A stretch of DNA of 63,557 nt, the filler included, from Bilabrum cf. latius (taxonomy: Eukaryota): the NCBI GenBank assembly GCA_965178125.1. It is 3 parts of 3 records of this genome, joined end to end, with 100 filler letters (N's around TTAATTAATTAA, not from the genome) between each part and the next. Parts side by side here need not be neighbours in the genome. Positions count along the whole stretch, not along the records: positions 1 to 26,702 come from CBCXTV010000031.1; 2 more parts are not named here. The stretch is one strand, 5' to 3'. Numbering within the stretch: position 1 is the stretch's first letter; each line of letters begins with the position of its first letter. The notes under the pieces were generated by a model. It worked only from the letters and a program-made list of their open reading frames with translations, did no database searches and was not told where the DNA came from. This document shows positions 9,157-19,513 of the stretch, one piece after another. Both the position numbers and the translations under genes were made by a program.

Positions 9157-11442
9157 TCAGCTCTTCTGCACATCCGTGAGAGACAACAAGTCCTCGTCGA
9201 AGTAGAGCCGATCTTTCACCTCCACTTTCGTACAGTTGTTGTCAAGCCACTCGCGGTCCACCGACTCCGTCACGTCAGAGCCCCACGAATTCGTGCAGAT
9301 GATCAGGGCGATACCGTGGAGCCACACAGAGTATGCGAGGCTGTTCGTCTTGCTCTGGCCGAGCAGGGAGGGGTCAAGGCCAGCCTGAAAGACCTGTTTG
9401 TTGTTGACGACCCACAGGGCATTTGCCTCGTCGAACACAATGGCCACATGCCGACTTCGATCGAAGCCACGGAGCGGAGGTTCCACACTGCCCTGACAGT
9501 TCACAACAAGAGTCCTTTCGCTCCCGAAGAGATTCCGCGCGTACACTGTCTTCCCGAACCGGGAGTCCCCCACCAAGACAAGGAACTTGAAGCGCATGTG
9601 CGCGAACCACTCCTGACGATAGCTCTCGCGCCACTTCTCGACTTCGGGCACCACCTTAAAGGGGCGGAGCTTCGTCACTACGTGCACCGCGGCCTGCGCG
9701 CACACCTCTCTCCTCTCCGCGGCATTCTGTATGTGGAAGTCGATGGCGCGCACTAAGTTCTCGGCGTCCCGACACCGATACGCCACGAGTTCCCTTCTCG
9801 CGACGTCCGGATCCATTTTGAAGCGTGCGAACAACGCGTGCACGAACTTACCATTGACGACGAAATCGCGTCCGGCTCGGTAGTTCGTGGCGCAAAGCAG
9901 CGCACCGACTTTGGGAGCTTGACAATAATAGTGTAACTCCGACGCGCCACGTTCCTGCGCTTTCGCTGACCGCCCGGAGCCGTACACGACATTCGGCCTG
10001 CTGCCGGCCCACATGAAATCCTCCGCCACGCGACAACGATGCGACTTCTCGGAATCCGTCATGCATACGTGGAAGTGCACCAAGTTTGCGGCGTGCTTGC
10101 GGTGCAGGGAGAGCTCCATTTTCATGGACAGCTGAGGCCACATCATCCGCCGCGCGATGTCCTGCGCCCATGCCTTGAAGGTGGCCCAAAGCTCCACATA
10201 GAACGGAGACGCGAGAACCAATCGCCTCAGGACGCCCCTTGCCACGGATGCCGACATGATGTCGCGCACAGGCTCCTTTTCGACACCCCAGCGACCGTGA
10301 AAGGTAAGCATCACGGCCCTTCCCCGCCTCGTGTTCTTGTCGGACGCAGGCACAATCTCGCCCACGGGCACTGAATGCGATCCCGGATTCCTCACAACTT
10401 CGTCCCGCTGCCGCGCAAGCTCCGGGAAGAGCTCCTCGAAACGAAGCTGGCAAGGAGTGTCCTCCGCCCCCGCAGCCCAGTCTTTCAAGATGCACATGCG
10501 GTCACCGGGTACATTGCGAAGCGCCTCCCTGATGAGGCACCGCTTCCGCTGGTGTGACACCGACGCCGGAAACGCCAACTTGAAATCGTCAGGGAAAACC
10601 CGCAGGAGACGATAGATGACACTATCAATAGGACGAGTCGAAGGCCTTCCAGTCGAGCGCTGCGGCCCAGACGCTCCGGCCGCGGCACGAGCCGCGGGCG
10701 GAGGTCCGAGATGAGCCGCAAGACTCGATGCTGCATCGCCCTCAGCAGGGTCGCACTTCTGCCGAAGACGCCGCCTCTTCACGGGGGGCACGAAATCGGG
10801 AAGCATGAGCATCTGCGGTCGCCCCCTCGCATCGGGCGCAGAATCCTCGATGGGCAGAACCCCACGGTAACCTTGACTACTCCGCAGAAGCTGCACCGGC
10901 AAAAGTACTTCCTCTGACGGGGGTTCCAAATTGATGACACCCGCGGCGAGCGCTTCGGAGGCAGCAACGCGGCCAGGAATGTCGCCCTCAACGCTGAGGC
11001 CCTCATAAAGGACTCGTTCACCCACTACGCCGATCTGCCACTGACCGCTCGACTTGCCGTGGGACAACAAGCAGGCTCCCGGATCGCCCTCGCATTCTGC
11101 CTCGCATGCGACCTCGCATGAGGCCTCAATCATGTCGAGACTGGCGTCGAAGTCGTTCTCCGCATCGTCAAAGCCAAAACTCGGGACAGCGGCCGCGCGC
11201 GCTGCAGCCACCGAATTGGAGACACCGAGGCCACACGAGCACGTTGGGGACGCCTCGGACACCCCTAACAAAGCAGAGGTCGCCGTCGTGGACGCTTCTG
11301 ACTCCTGGCTTGTGGGGAGGCCATCGCACGGCACGCAGCTCGCGGAAACCCACGCGGGATCCCAGGAGCAGGATGCGACTCGGGACTTCAGCGACTCGGC
11401 AACAGACAAACTCATCGTTTCGCCCTTGAACGGAGCCGACAT
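9157..11442 (-). CDS. rep: CRESS/geminivirus-like replication initiator protein (HUH endonuclease + SF3 helicase), 761 aa
   Basis: Motifs in canonical order: motif I VMLTFH (~10300), HUH motif II LVHFHVCM (~10061-10084), motif III HYYCQAPK (~9910-9935), Walker A LVGDSRFGKT (geminivirus-like GDSRTGKT), Walker B IVFDE and motif C IICTN. NLS-like PPVKRRRLRQK. Confidence 0.9.
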   Translation of the reverse strand: MSAPFKGETMSLSVAESLKSRVASCSWDPAWVSASCVPCDGLPTSQESEASTTATSALLGVSEASPTCSCGLGVSNSVAAARAAAVPSFGFDDAENDFDASLDMIEASCEVACEAECEGDPGACLLSHGKSSGQWQIGVVGERVLYEGLSVEGDIPGRVAASEALAAGVINLEPPSEEVLLPVQLLRSSQGYRGVLPIEDSAPDARGRPQMLMLPDFVPPVKRRRLRQKCDPAEGDAASSLAAHLGPPPAARAAAGASGPQRSTGRPSTRPIDSVIYRLLRVFPDDFKLAFPASVSHQRKRCLIREALRNVPGDRMCILKDWAAGAEDTPCQLRFEELFPELARQRDEVVRNPGSHSVPVGEIVPASDKNTRRGRAVMLTFHGRWGVEKEPVRDIMSASVARGVLRRLVLASPFYVELWATFKAWAQDIARRMMWPQLSMKMELSLHRKHAANLVHFHVCMTDSEKSHRCRVAEDFMWAGSRPNVVYGSGRSAKAQERGASELHYYCQAPKVGALLCATNYRAGRDFVVNGKFVHALFARFKMDPDVARRELVAYRCRDAENLVRAIDFHIQNAAERREVCAQAAVHVVTKLRPFKVVPEVEKWRESYRQEWFAHMRFKFLVLVGDSRFGKTVYARNLFGSERTLVVNCQGSVEPPLRGFDRSRHVAIVFDEANALWVVNNKQVFQAGLDPSLLGQSKTNSLAYSVWLHGIALIICTNSWGSDVTESVDREWLDNNCTKVEVKDRLYFDEDLLSLTDVQKS

Positions 11443-11950
11443 TATTTGCGCAAATAATCCTTCGACGAATCGCGGAATGCCTCAAGATAGAACACTTGCC
11501 TCCGACACGCAATGCCCAGAATCCTTGCTGTTCGAAACACCGAAACTGCTGACACGGGACACACATGAGCACCGAGGCAGCTGAGTCTGCAGCTCGTGCC
11601 GCCCTGGGCGAGGTAGTACCGCTTCCGAGGGAAGGATTCTCGAAGCCAACGAAGGAAAGCATGGCGTTGCAATTAGCACGATCACAAACGCACTTCGGAG
11701 CCTGCCAGAGAGGATGACCGACCGACCGCCTTCTCGAACATAGAAACCGGCGAATACCACATGAGGCACGACGTTCCAGGGCATCCGAACCTGCGACATA
11801 CGCCAAAAAGGCCTCGCCGACAACCTGAAATGCACGCGAAATCGACAACCGAACGCCCAAAATCAGCCATCGGAACCCCCCCTCGAGGCAGCGCCTTCGG
11901 AGACATTTTCGGCCAGCGAAAAAAATGCGAAACACGACTGGAGGAGGCGA

Positions 11951-12260
11951 GGTAGTGCTCGGTAGTGCTCGTTTCGCGCGGTTTTTACATAAAAAAATGC
12001 CGTTTTTCTGGAAAAAAAAGCTCAAAAACCCCCAGTTTTTGACACGTAGTGCTCCGATTTTCCTGTAAAATGCAGGATTTTTTCACGGTAGTGCTCCCCT
12101 TTTTTCCGCTTTCCCCGACGCCAGGGACCGATGTAGTGCGATTTTCGGGGGAAGGATTCTTAGTACCTTAGAGGGTACCCCCGAGGGTCGCACTACGTGG
12201 GTTTGGGGGGTCTCCTTTCCTCTTATTCTCGCGTGCACTTTTCTGCGACTGCCCCCCGGA
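11951..12260 (+). promoter_or_regulatory. Putative rolling-circle origin: iterons plus long stem-loop upstream of rep
   Basis: (G)GTAGTGCTC at 11951, 11961, 12046 and 12087. A 21-bp stem with G-T wobbles pairs 12131-12151 with 12178-12198. The loop contains TCTTAGTAC (12158-12166). Confidence 0.7.
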
Positions 12261-12618
12261 CCTTCCGCGCATATCTGCTCGCTCTGATTCTACGGGGGGG
12301 CGGGGGTAATCAAGGATTAATGCCAAATTTGTCTTCCTTTCGTGCCCCTCCCGTTTTTCAAAGTTGTGCATGTCGAGTCTGCCCCTCCCGTGCTCTTGAC
12401 GACGGTGCTCGCGGACTGAGTGATTTCTGCCAGCACGTCCCGTGTATGCTGTCCGAGTGCGCGACTCCGCTGGGCAGCCGCATCCGCTGCTTTGTGCTGC
12501 TCGGGCTATCTGTGTCCGTCAAGACTGCGCTGTACTTGACGCTCTGCCCTCTTGCGATGGCTTCTGTGACGCGGGGTCTATCTGTAATCCTCGGTTCTCT
12601 GAACACGGGAAGCGCTTC

Positions 12619-13323
12619 TCACAAGGTCGACTTCGCCTGGCTCGTTGAGGAGTTGGCGGAGCTGCGTGCTGCGATCTCTTCTTTTTGCACCAACTGCAAG
12701 ATCTTCCTGTCTAGCACGATTTGGGCGAGCTCGTCGTCTGTGAGTTTTTTGGCGTTCTTCATGGTGCGCCTTTTCTGCCGGATGGTTTTGCGGATGGCCT
12801 TCGTTTTAGCCCGCTGCTCGAGCTTGAGAGCCTTGCGCTCCTCGGTAAGGCGTGTGATCGCTGCCGTCCACTTGTCGACGAACAAGGGTGTGTCGCCAGG
12901 TTCGTCCGTCTTGGCGGTCTTCTCTAGCGCTTCCATGTGTCCGTCTTTCGGGCAGGGCTCCTCGAAGAACTGCTGCGCATGATCTGGTTTCTGTGATCCT
13001 GCCTCCGTCGCTTCGGGTGGCGCCGCTGCATCCGCATCTCTAGGGGAGTCGAGCCGCATTGCGTCCTCCGGTTCTGCGTCGCTCGCCATGGGGTGTGCAG
13101 TGAGTTTGCTTCCTGAGTGGGCTGCTTTTCTGTGCGAAGCTTCTGGCAGTTGCTGTATTCCTGGGCCCAAAAAAAACTCAGCGAGAAGTGCTTTCACATG
13201 GAGGTGGTGCGGTAAGAAGTGCGCGGGTCCTTGTAGACTGAAGTGCTTCCTGCGCAGAATGGGAGAAGTTCCACTGCGGGGTCTCTCAGACGCGTCTGCA
13301 TGAGGAGGTGGGGGGTGCGTCAT
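12619..13323 (-). CDS. Small basic coiled-coil protein; likely ATG at 13089
   Basis: AITRLTEERKALKLEQRAKTKAIRKTIRQKRRTMKNAKKLTDDELAQIVLDRK, similar to RRHKRLMRRATRLDLEDLLEIAAAKK in Element 2. Confidence 0.65.
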   Translation of the reverse strand: MTHPPPPHADASERPRSGTSPILRRKHFSLQGPAHFLPHHLHVKALLAEFFLGPGIQQLPEASHRKAAHSGSKLTAHPMASDAEPEDAMRLDSPRDADAAAPPEATEAGSQKPDHAQQFFEEPCPKDGHMEALEKTAKTDEPGDTPLFVDKWTAAITRLTEERKALKLEQRAKTKAIRKTIRQKRRTMKNAKKLTDDELAQIVLDRKILQLVQKEEIAARSSANSSTSQAKSTL

Positions 13324-13964
13324 GGTTGCATGCGAGAAGGTGAGCTTCGAGGCGGCGCCTGGGAAAGCCTTTCTGGGTCGTCTGGATGCTGCGAAATTTG
13401 CGAAAAAGGGGTCCCAATTTTGGGCCCGTTTTCGGTGACAATTTCAAGCCTCCCGCATCGTGTTTTCCTCTTGTGTACCCCTTTTTGGGCTCAAAACTGG
13501 TCCCGGAAAGTGTGACCTCGAAACTGCGTCCTTCGCGGTCCTCCCTTTGGCTTCTGGGGCCTCAGGTGTTTCCCTTTTTTCTGTGGGCAGCACTCTTTTT
13601 TGCGGAAGGGCGTTCCAGATTTTTGTCTGACGATGCCGCTTTAAAAAAGGACTTCTGATGTGGTGCGTGCTGGGTCCTGTCATCTCCAGACTTCCTCCGA
13701 GGATGCACACATGAGCGGGAAGAGGACACACATTGGCAGAAGAACTTCTGGACTTGTGACTCTGAAGCGCTTTGCGACTTTGGCACTGCGTGCTGCCAGC
13801 GTTCATGCACCGAGAGCATGCGGATCTCCACGTGCTATGCGACTTCCGGAGAGAATGGGACCGATGGAACTATGTGACCCTCCAACTCCGGCGCTCGGCG
13901 GCCTTCTGCTGTTGCCTGCGGAGCTTTGTCTCCTCGCAACGCGCTGTTCTGCGGCATTTCGTCG

Positions 13965-16697
13965 TCAGGGCTCGTGCTTTACGCCGGGTGCCGGGGTCAG
14001 GCGCGCTCTCTTCGAAGGCTGTGCCTCAGTCCTGTTGGTGGAGGGCGACCTGGAATAGGATGAGGACGATCTGGAGCAGGATCTCGTGTCCTTGAGGCTT
14101 ACGCTCCTCGCGAGCTTCAACGAATTCCCGTGGAAGGTCCGCGGAAGGCTCACGTACTCCTCCTCGTCCACGTCATACGGCTCACTGCCCTGCTGCTGCC
14201 GCCACTGGTTGATCACAAGCTTGATGAACGTTTTGCCCCAGCTCCATTCGGAATGACTCTGTGCCTGCTCGGTGAGCCACTTGTTGTATGCGATGTTCAC
14301 CGTTTTGATGCCCTGCACCGCGGTGTAGAGATGCCCCGCGTTGAAGCGGTAACCTCGGTCGTCGGCATCCTGAAGGTTGTACCGGAGCCGGGCGTCCGCA
14401 TGGCCGATGTCGTCCGAGGGGATGTGCTCGAAGACCTTTTGGCACTGGCGGCTCACGAACGGGTCGACGATGCACTGCGTGCTTTCCGCGTACTTGATCA
14501 TGTGCCACATGGCTTCCTCGGCAAACCATTTGGAATAACTCAAGAGGTTATAGGTCTTGTCCTTGGCCCTTGAGTAGTTGTTCGCAATGTCCCGCAGTGC
14601 GGGCGAGTCCAGCACGGCGCGCCTCGTCTGGCACAGCGGGCCGTTCTTGAGGAGCTGCTTCCTGTTGCTCTTGTGCGGAGCGTACAGAGTTCGGATGACG
14701 TCTGGGATCACGGTGTCCGTGGCAGTCCTGCCCTTAAACATGAAGTGGTTCCAGGCCACGGTCCAGCTCATGATGGGATAGTGCACTTGCATCGGAGGTA
14801 TGAGCGTGAGGAGGCCCACGGTTTTCGCCAAGGATGCTCCCCAAGTAATCCAATCATCACTCGGGTTCTTCTCGTCGTGCCTCCTTTTGGGGATCATTTT
14901 CGGGAGGAGGAACGTTGGCGTTATGATGCGCTCCCCGAACTGCTTCGTGAGGTGCTTCATCATGCCCACCCAGACCTGTCCCAGCGGTTTGGTTGTCATG
15001 CGGATCACGACGAGGCGCGAGCTGCTGTCCCCCTTTAGGATGTCTTCCAACTCGTTCTGCAGCGCTTGCTTTGCCTCAAGGATGTAGTACTGGATGCTGT
15101 TGTCCTTCCCGTCGTTCATCCACTCCTGCTGCTCCTCTTGGCATCTCCCCTCGAGGCTATGCGCCGCCAAGTCCCTGTCGTCGCAGAGGACAAGCGCGTG
15201 GGTTGAGGGTGGCCACTCCAGCCATGAGGGCAGCTCGGCCCCCGGCATCTCCGTGTGGAGTTTATCGATCCACTTCTGCTTGACTTGGATCCATCGAGCG
15301 GTCTGCCATTTCAAGGGAGGCAGGGTGTTCATCTTGGGCCTCTTCATGGCTACCATGTCGAGCATTCTGTCGAGGGTGGGGATGCACATCATCGGCTGCA
15401 CCACGTGGATGCGGATGTCTCCGTACCTCAGGAAGTACGAATACGACCCGCCGCGTTTGTCCTGGAGGAGGTGGACGAACGTGTTGGTTTCGCCGGCGTG
15501 CTCGTGAACACCGCACAAGTCTTCGTAGGAGATGGGCACGCGCTCTGTTTTTTCCCAGACGAGGACAACCCCCCAACTCAGGGCCGCGCACACGGACATC
15601 ACGACGGACAATGTGTTTAATCGCTCGCCAAGAGTCCAGTCGTCACTCGGGTCGATCATTATGTACGGTTTCATACTGTGCCCTGCATCCGCACTTCGTC
15701 GTCCCGAGCCCCCCCACTCCGTGTCCATGCTCTCGGGAGTCGATGCGAGGACCGGGCTGGCTGCCAGCACAGATGTCATGCGGAGGCAATCTTCCCACTT
15801 CCATACCGGCCCTTGGAACGTGTCGAAGAGGCGGCGCCAGACGCAGCGTTCGAAGCTTCGGTTCGGGATCCGCATCTTCAGGAGCGCCTTCCTCCCCTCC
15901 GGGCTGATGAGATACCACTTTAGGCCCATGCCGACGTGGTAGGGGACCACAAATGTGTTGTCTACCCAGTGCGCCGGATAGGTCCGCACGTCCAAGAGGC
16001 GCTCGCAATTGTGGATGGAGGTGGAGTTTTCGCGCTGGAGGCTGACCATTCTCGGTGCTTCTGACCCCGCTAACATGGCCATCTGCGTCACCTTGGGGTT
16101 TTTCGCGATGGCGTGAAGAACTACGAGTAGCCGATCCACGCATGCTTCGCGAGGTTCGATATCATCTTCGACAACCATGAGCCATTCCGTCGGCGTGTGG
16201 TTCTCAGCCCACAGCCATGCGTTTCGATGGGATTGGATCGCCCCAACAGTGGCCGGATTGTATTTGCTCCAGTCCGTTATCTTGCCGGAGAAGATATCCA
16301 AGAGGGCCTGGTCTTTGACGATGTCGCGTCCATCTGGGTCCCTGTCGGTCTGCGGAAACACTGGATTGGGGAGCCGAAGGACCGCTCCCATGTGCTCGTG
16401 GAGTTCTCGCGCCCCTTTTTTTTGTCGCCACTCCTCGAAGCGGGACTCTTCCCTGCAGATCAGCAGACATGTCATCTTCCCGAGGTCCTGGCGATGGTGT
16501 CCGAATTGCGCCTGGAAGCCCGACATCTCCAGAGACGGGAAATGGCATGCGCTGTGTGTCCAGCGGCGATCTTGCACTTCTGCTCCCGAAACTCGCGAAT
16601 GCAGGATCCGGGAACATGAGCCTTGAAGGCGGCGGATTTTTGGATGGGGACACCCGCGTCCTCTCTTCGCGAGCTTCGTCCTGATCCGATGCCCCAA
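13965..16697 (-). CDS. Multidomain glycosyltransferase: GT25-like domain, followed by a possible fucosyltransferase-like domain; ~850-910 aa
   Basis: Long open frame with strong codon bias. GAIQSHRNAW...WLMVVEDDI resembles the GT25 pattern GCxxSHxxxW...LILEDD. TLGERLNTL...GVVLVWE resembles the GLGNRL motif of GT-B fucosyltransferases. Confidence 0.65.
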   Translation of the reverse strand: MGHRIRTKLAKRGRGCPHPKIRRLQGSCSRILHSRVSGAEVQDRRWTHSACHFPSLEMSGFQAQFGHHRQDLGKMTCLLICREESRFEEWRQKKGARELHEHMGAVLRLPNPVFPQTDRDPDGRDIVKDQALLDIFSGKITDWSKYNPATVGAIQSHRNAWLWAENHTPTEWLMVVEDDIEPREACVDRLLVVLHAIAKNPKVTQMAMLAGSEAPRMVSLQRENSTSIHNCERLLDVRTYPAHWVDNTFVVPYHVGMGLKWYLISPEGRKALLKMRIPNRSFERCVWRRLFDTFQGPVWKWEDCLRMTSVLAASPVLASTPESMDTEWGGSGRRSADAGHSMKPYIMIDPSDDWTLGERLNTLSVVMSVCAALSWGVVLVWEKTERVPISYEDLCGVHEHAGETNTFVHLLQDKRGGSYSYFLRYGDIRIHVVQPMMCIPTLDRMLDMVAMKRPKMNTLPPLKWQTARWIQVKQKWIDKLHTEMPGAELPSWLEWPPSTHALVLCDDRDLAAHSLEGRCQEEQQEWMNDGKDNSIQYYILEAKQALQNELEDILKGDSSSRLVVIRMTTKPLGQVWVGMMKHLTKQFGERIITPTFLLPKMIPKRRHDEKNPSDDWITWGASLAKTVGLLTLIPPMQVHYPIMSWTVAWNHFMFKGRTATDTVIPDVIRTLYAPHKSNRKQLLKNGPLCQTRRAVLDSPALRDIANNYSRAKDKTYNLLSYSKWFAEEAMWHMIKYAESTQCIVDPFVSRQCQKVFEHIPSDDIGHADARLRYNLQDADDRGYRFNAGHLYTAVQGIKTVNIAYNKWLTEQAQSHSEWSWGKTFIKLVINQWRQQQGSEPYDVDEEEYVSLPRTFHGNSLKLARSVSLKDTRSCSRSSSSYSRSPSTNRTEAQPSKRARLTPAPGVKHEP

Positions 16698-17584
16698 TTG
16701 AGCGCTCGACAGCAGGAACGATGAGGAACCTCAGTTCTGGTTTCGCATGTTTGCATGGCCTCTCGAAGCATGTCGTGTGCAGACCCTCCAAGCGCCTCGA
16801 TGTCTGAGCATCGCTTTCTCTCCGCACGCTTCGTGCAAGGAATGCAACTCGTGCGTACCATCGTGGAGTCCTGAGTCGTTGGCCGCGGACGCACTACGGG
16901 TCACAGAGACTCGGAAAGGGGAGCATGCCCGAATGCACATCGCGGACGGAATTTGTCCCACGCTATTGAAGGTGGTCACCGGACTCAGACTGCTGCGGTG
17001 CATGCTTCGCGCATTGAATGGAGGCGCGTAAAATCTTGCAGAATGCACAGAGGGGGTCATCCGAGCGGGATCTTTGTGTAGCATCTAGAGCGGCAGATCG
17101 TGCGCAGGGGAGAATCCACACGCGGACTCCGAGGAGTGAGTAAGGCCGGCCCTGGAAGTCGTGCCGCGAAAGCGAATGAGCGCAACATGGCGACTGACGG
17201 ACGTCGCACGCTACGTACTTGTGGTCGCCCTCGTCCGGTCGCCCATCCCGGCGAATGGTGGCGCTGCAAGATCTGCGATGCCCGTCCGTGCCCGTCCCTC
17301 CTGGACGGCTCTGCCGAGGATCAGGGACGCTCTGGTTGTTTTTCCCTGAGCACCTGCGTTTCGAAAGCGGTCTTCCGCGTTTGCTACTTCCCCTTCGAAC
17401 TCCCTGCATTTTTGGCCGGAAAAGGCAACGAAGACAGGCGTGTGCTCCATAGACTGCTCGGACGAGAAGGTGTGTGCAAGAGCCTTTCCCAATCGTCACG
17501 GGGGGTGAACTGCTGGGTCCGGAATGGATTTGACTCCTGGACTTTTGCGTGTGAAGCGTGAGGTGGGCGTGCTTCGTGGGAGGT

Positions 17585-19497
17585 TTCCGCATGCGGGGGG
17601 ACGGGAACTTTCCTGGGTCGCTGGGCCTGGGACCGGGTAGCGGGAACTCGGGGACTTTCCCCGGAAATGGATTCACAGAGCGTACGGTGATTTCCCGGGT
17701 CGCCCTTCTCGACCCCGAAGTGGAATTTGGCTTTCGGACCCGAATACAAGCTTAGAAGGAACTTTTTGTCTTCCGCGCCTGCGAAGGTGTGCCACGCGGG
17801 CGGTTCTTGTTCACGCACTTGCGCTGCAAGCAGTGAACGCGAGGCCGTCTGCGGTTTACGGCTACGTGTCATAGCGCGTCGTAGGATGTCGCGTTCCAAA
17901 AGAAGTCTAGCGGCTGGAGGGCGGTGAGTGAAGTGCACACGTAGTGATCGTGACGAACCGGGCGTCGACACTTGTCCTGGGCGACGTCCGAAACATCTAC
18001 GCTGCGCTATTACGGCCAGTCGTGTACGCTTGGTGTCGGAGGGAAGACCCCTACGGTGTATACGGTTGCCGACGAACATAGTGATGTGGTAAGCGCATTC
18101 GGAAGGGGGCGCACGAACGTGCGAGCAATAGCACGCCATTCCGCGTATCATGGTAGCCTGATATTACATGTGCCGCACAGAATTCTCAATCATTCGCGCG
18201 AAGTGTGTGCGGGGAGTACGCTTGGGGTGGATAGAAAAGAGATGTCGTCCGCAGGATGTGTGCTTCCCAAGGATTTGCTCGGAAGAATGCGGACGATCGT
18301 TTGGAATGCTGCTTTGCACGCAGACTCTATTTCATAGATATGCCTCCATTCGCTGTGACCCTCGTGCGACCGCTTCGGACGAGTTCCGCAATCTTCGCAA
18401 TCATGTGCATCCCATCTCGAGGTCTGCGGCAGCTTCTCCCGCAGAGGAGCCGCCGTGGGAGCCGCTTAGCATCCCCTCGTCGCAGGGACTTCACGGTACG
18501 GTGTTGTTTACGTCTCTCGGGGTTTTTGTGATGCTCAGGTGCGCGGCCTCTTGCTCTCTTCGTGACCGATTTCGTTGTCGCAGTGCTGTGGGTCTCCGTA
18601 ACGGGAATGTGAGGCAGTCTCGACACCTCGACGAGGTGTCATGCGTCATAAGGATCTGCGCGTCTTTGGTCACGGCAAGAGTGGGCGAGAGTCAAACGGG
18701 CAGAAATGATCGTAGCAGCAGCGCTCACGGGCCCGCGGCTCCGCGGTTCACTCCCGCTTGGGAGGGCTGACCAGCGTGTAGTGGGTGGGTCTTCCGGAAA
18801 GCGCCTAGAGATACTCATCGCATAGCCTTCCCTGGAACGAGTCCAGCATAGCCTTTTTTTTTTCGGCGGTCGTGGGGAGATACAATTCTCCCGCTGCGGA
18901 AGGCTGCACACTCCCGCATCGTGAAGTCAATCACGCAACACCGTGCCGACTCATGTACCGAGACCGATGCATCTTACCGTCAGCGGCGCTGGTGGAAGCC
19001 GCGCTGCGAACAAGCTCCTCTGCACCAGTTACCCCGCCTTTCCAATTCTCGCGCAACTGAACGTGACTCCTGTGGATACGCAGTTTCTTCACCCAGGGCG
19101 GGTGCTTCGCAACGTCGTGCGTGCCCCCTCTTGCCGTCGCGGGTGCTGAGACGCCTTCATGGTCATAAGGCGCCCTGAGCAGACTGCAGCGCGACTTCCA
19201 GTGACATTCCCGGCAAGAACACACTGCAGCTCACATGCAGCGAGCGGAAGGACCCAATCCCGCGCGTGGGGAGGCGCTATCGTGTTGTGTTGTGTGTCGT
19301 GTTTGTGGTTTATGTCGAGCTTTCGCACTGCGCGGAATCGGGAATTTCGGGGGTCCTTGGGCCCGGAATCGGGGACCGGAAAACTGAGGCAATTTTCGCC
19401 GCCAGATGGAGTGACGGAGAGTACCGTCGTTTTCGGGTCACCTTTTTCGGTCTCGAAATGGGAATCGGATTTGGGACAGGAATTGAAGCGGAGAAGG
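17585..19497. repeat. Diverged ~180-bp dispersed repeat (17585-17760 and 19320-19497)
   Basis: The two segments are colinear. Conceptual translations align: LLSLYSGPKAKFHFGVEKGDP versus LLRFNSCPKSDSHFETEKGDP. Confidence 0.6.
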
Positions 19498-19513
19498 GCC
19501 ACTCTAGGGCCTC

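Noticed and set aside
9157-11442. Helitron RepHel or Replitron transposase
   Set aside because: The helicase motifs are SF3 (Walker A, Walker B, motif C), not PIF1/SF1, and Replitrons lack a helicase.
1073-16697. A capsid protein gene that would make Element 1 a conventional CRESS virus
   Set aside because: No ORF shows an Arg-rich N-terminal arm followed by a beta-rich jelly-roll-like region that I can recognise. Absence is unproven without structure searches.
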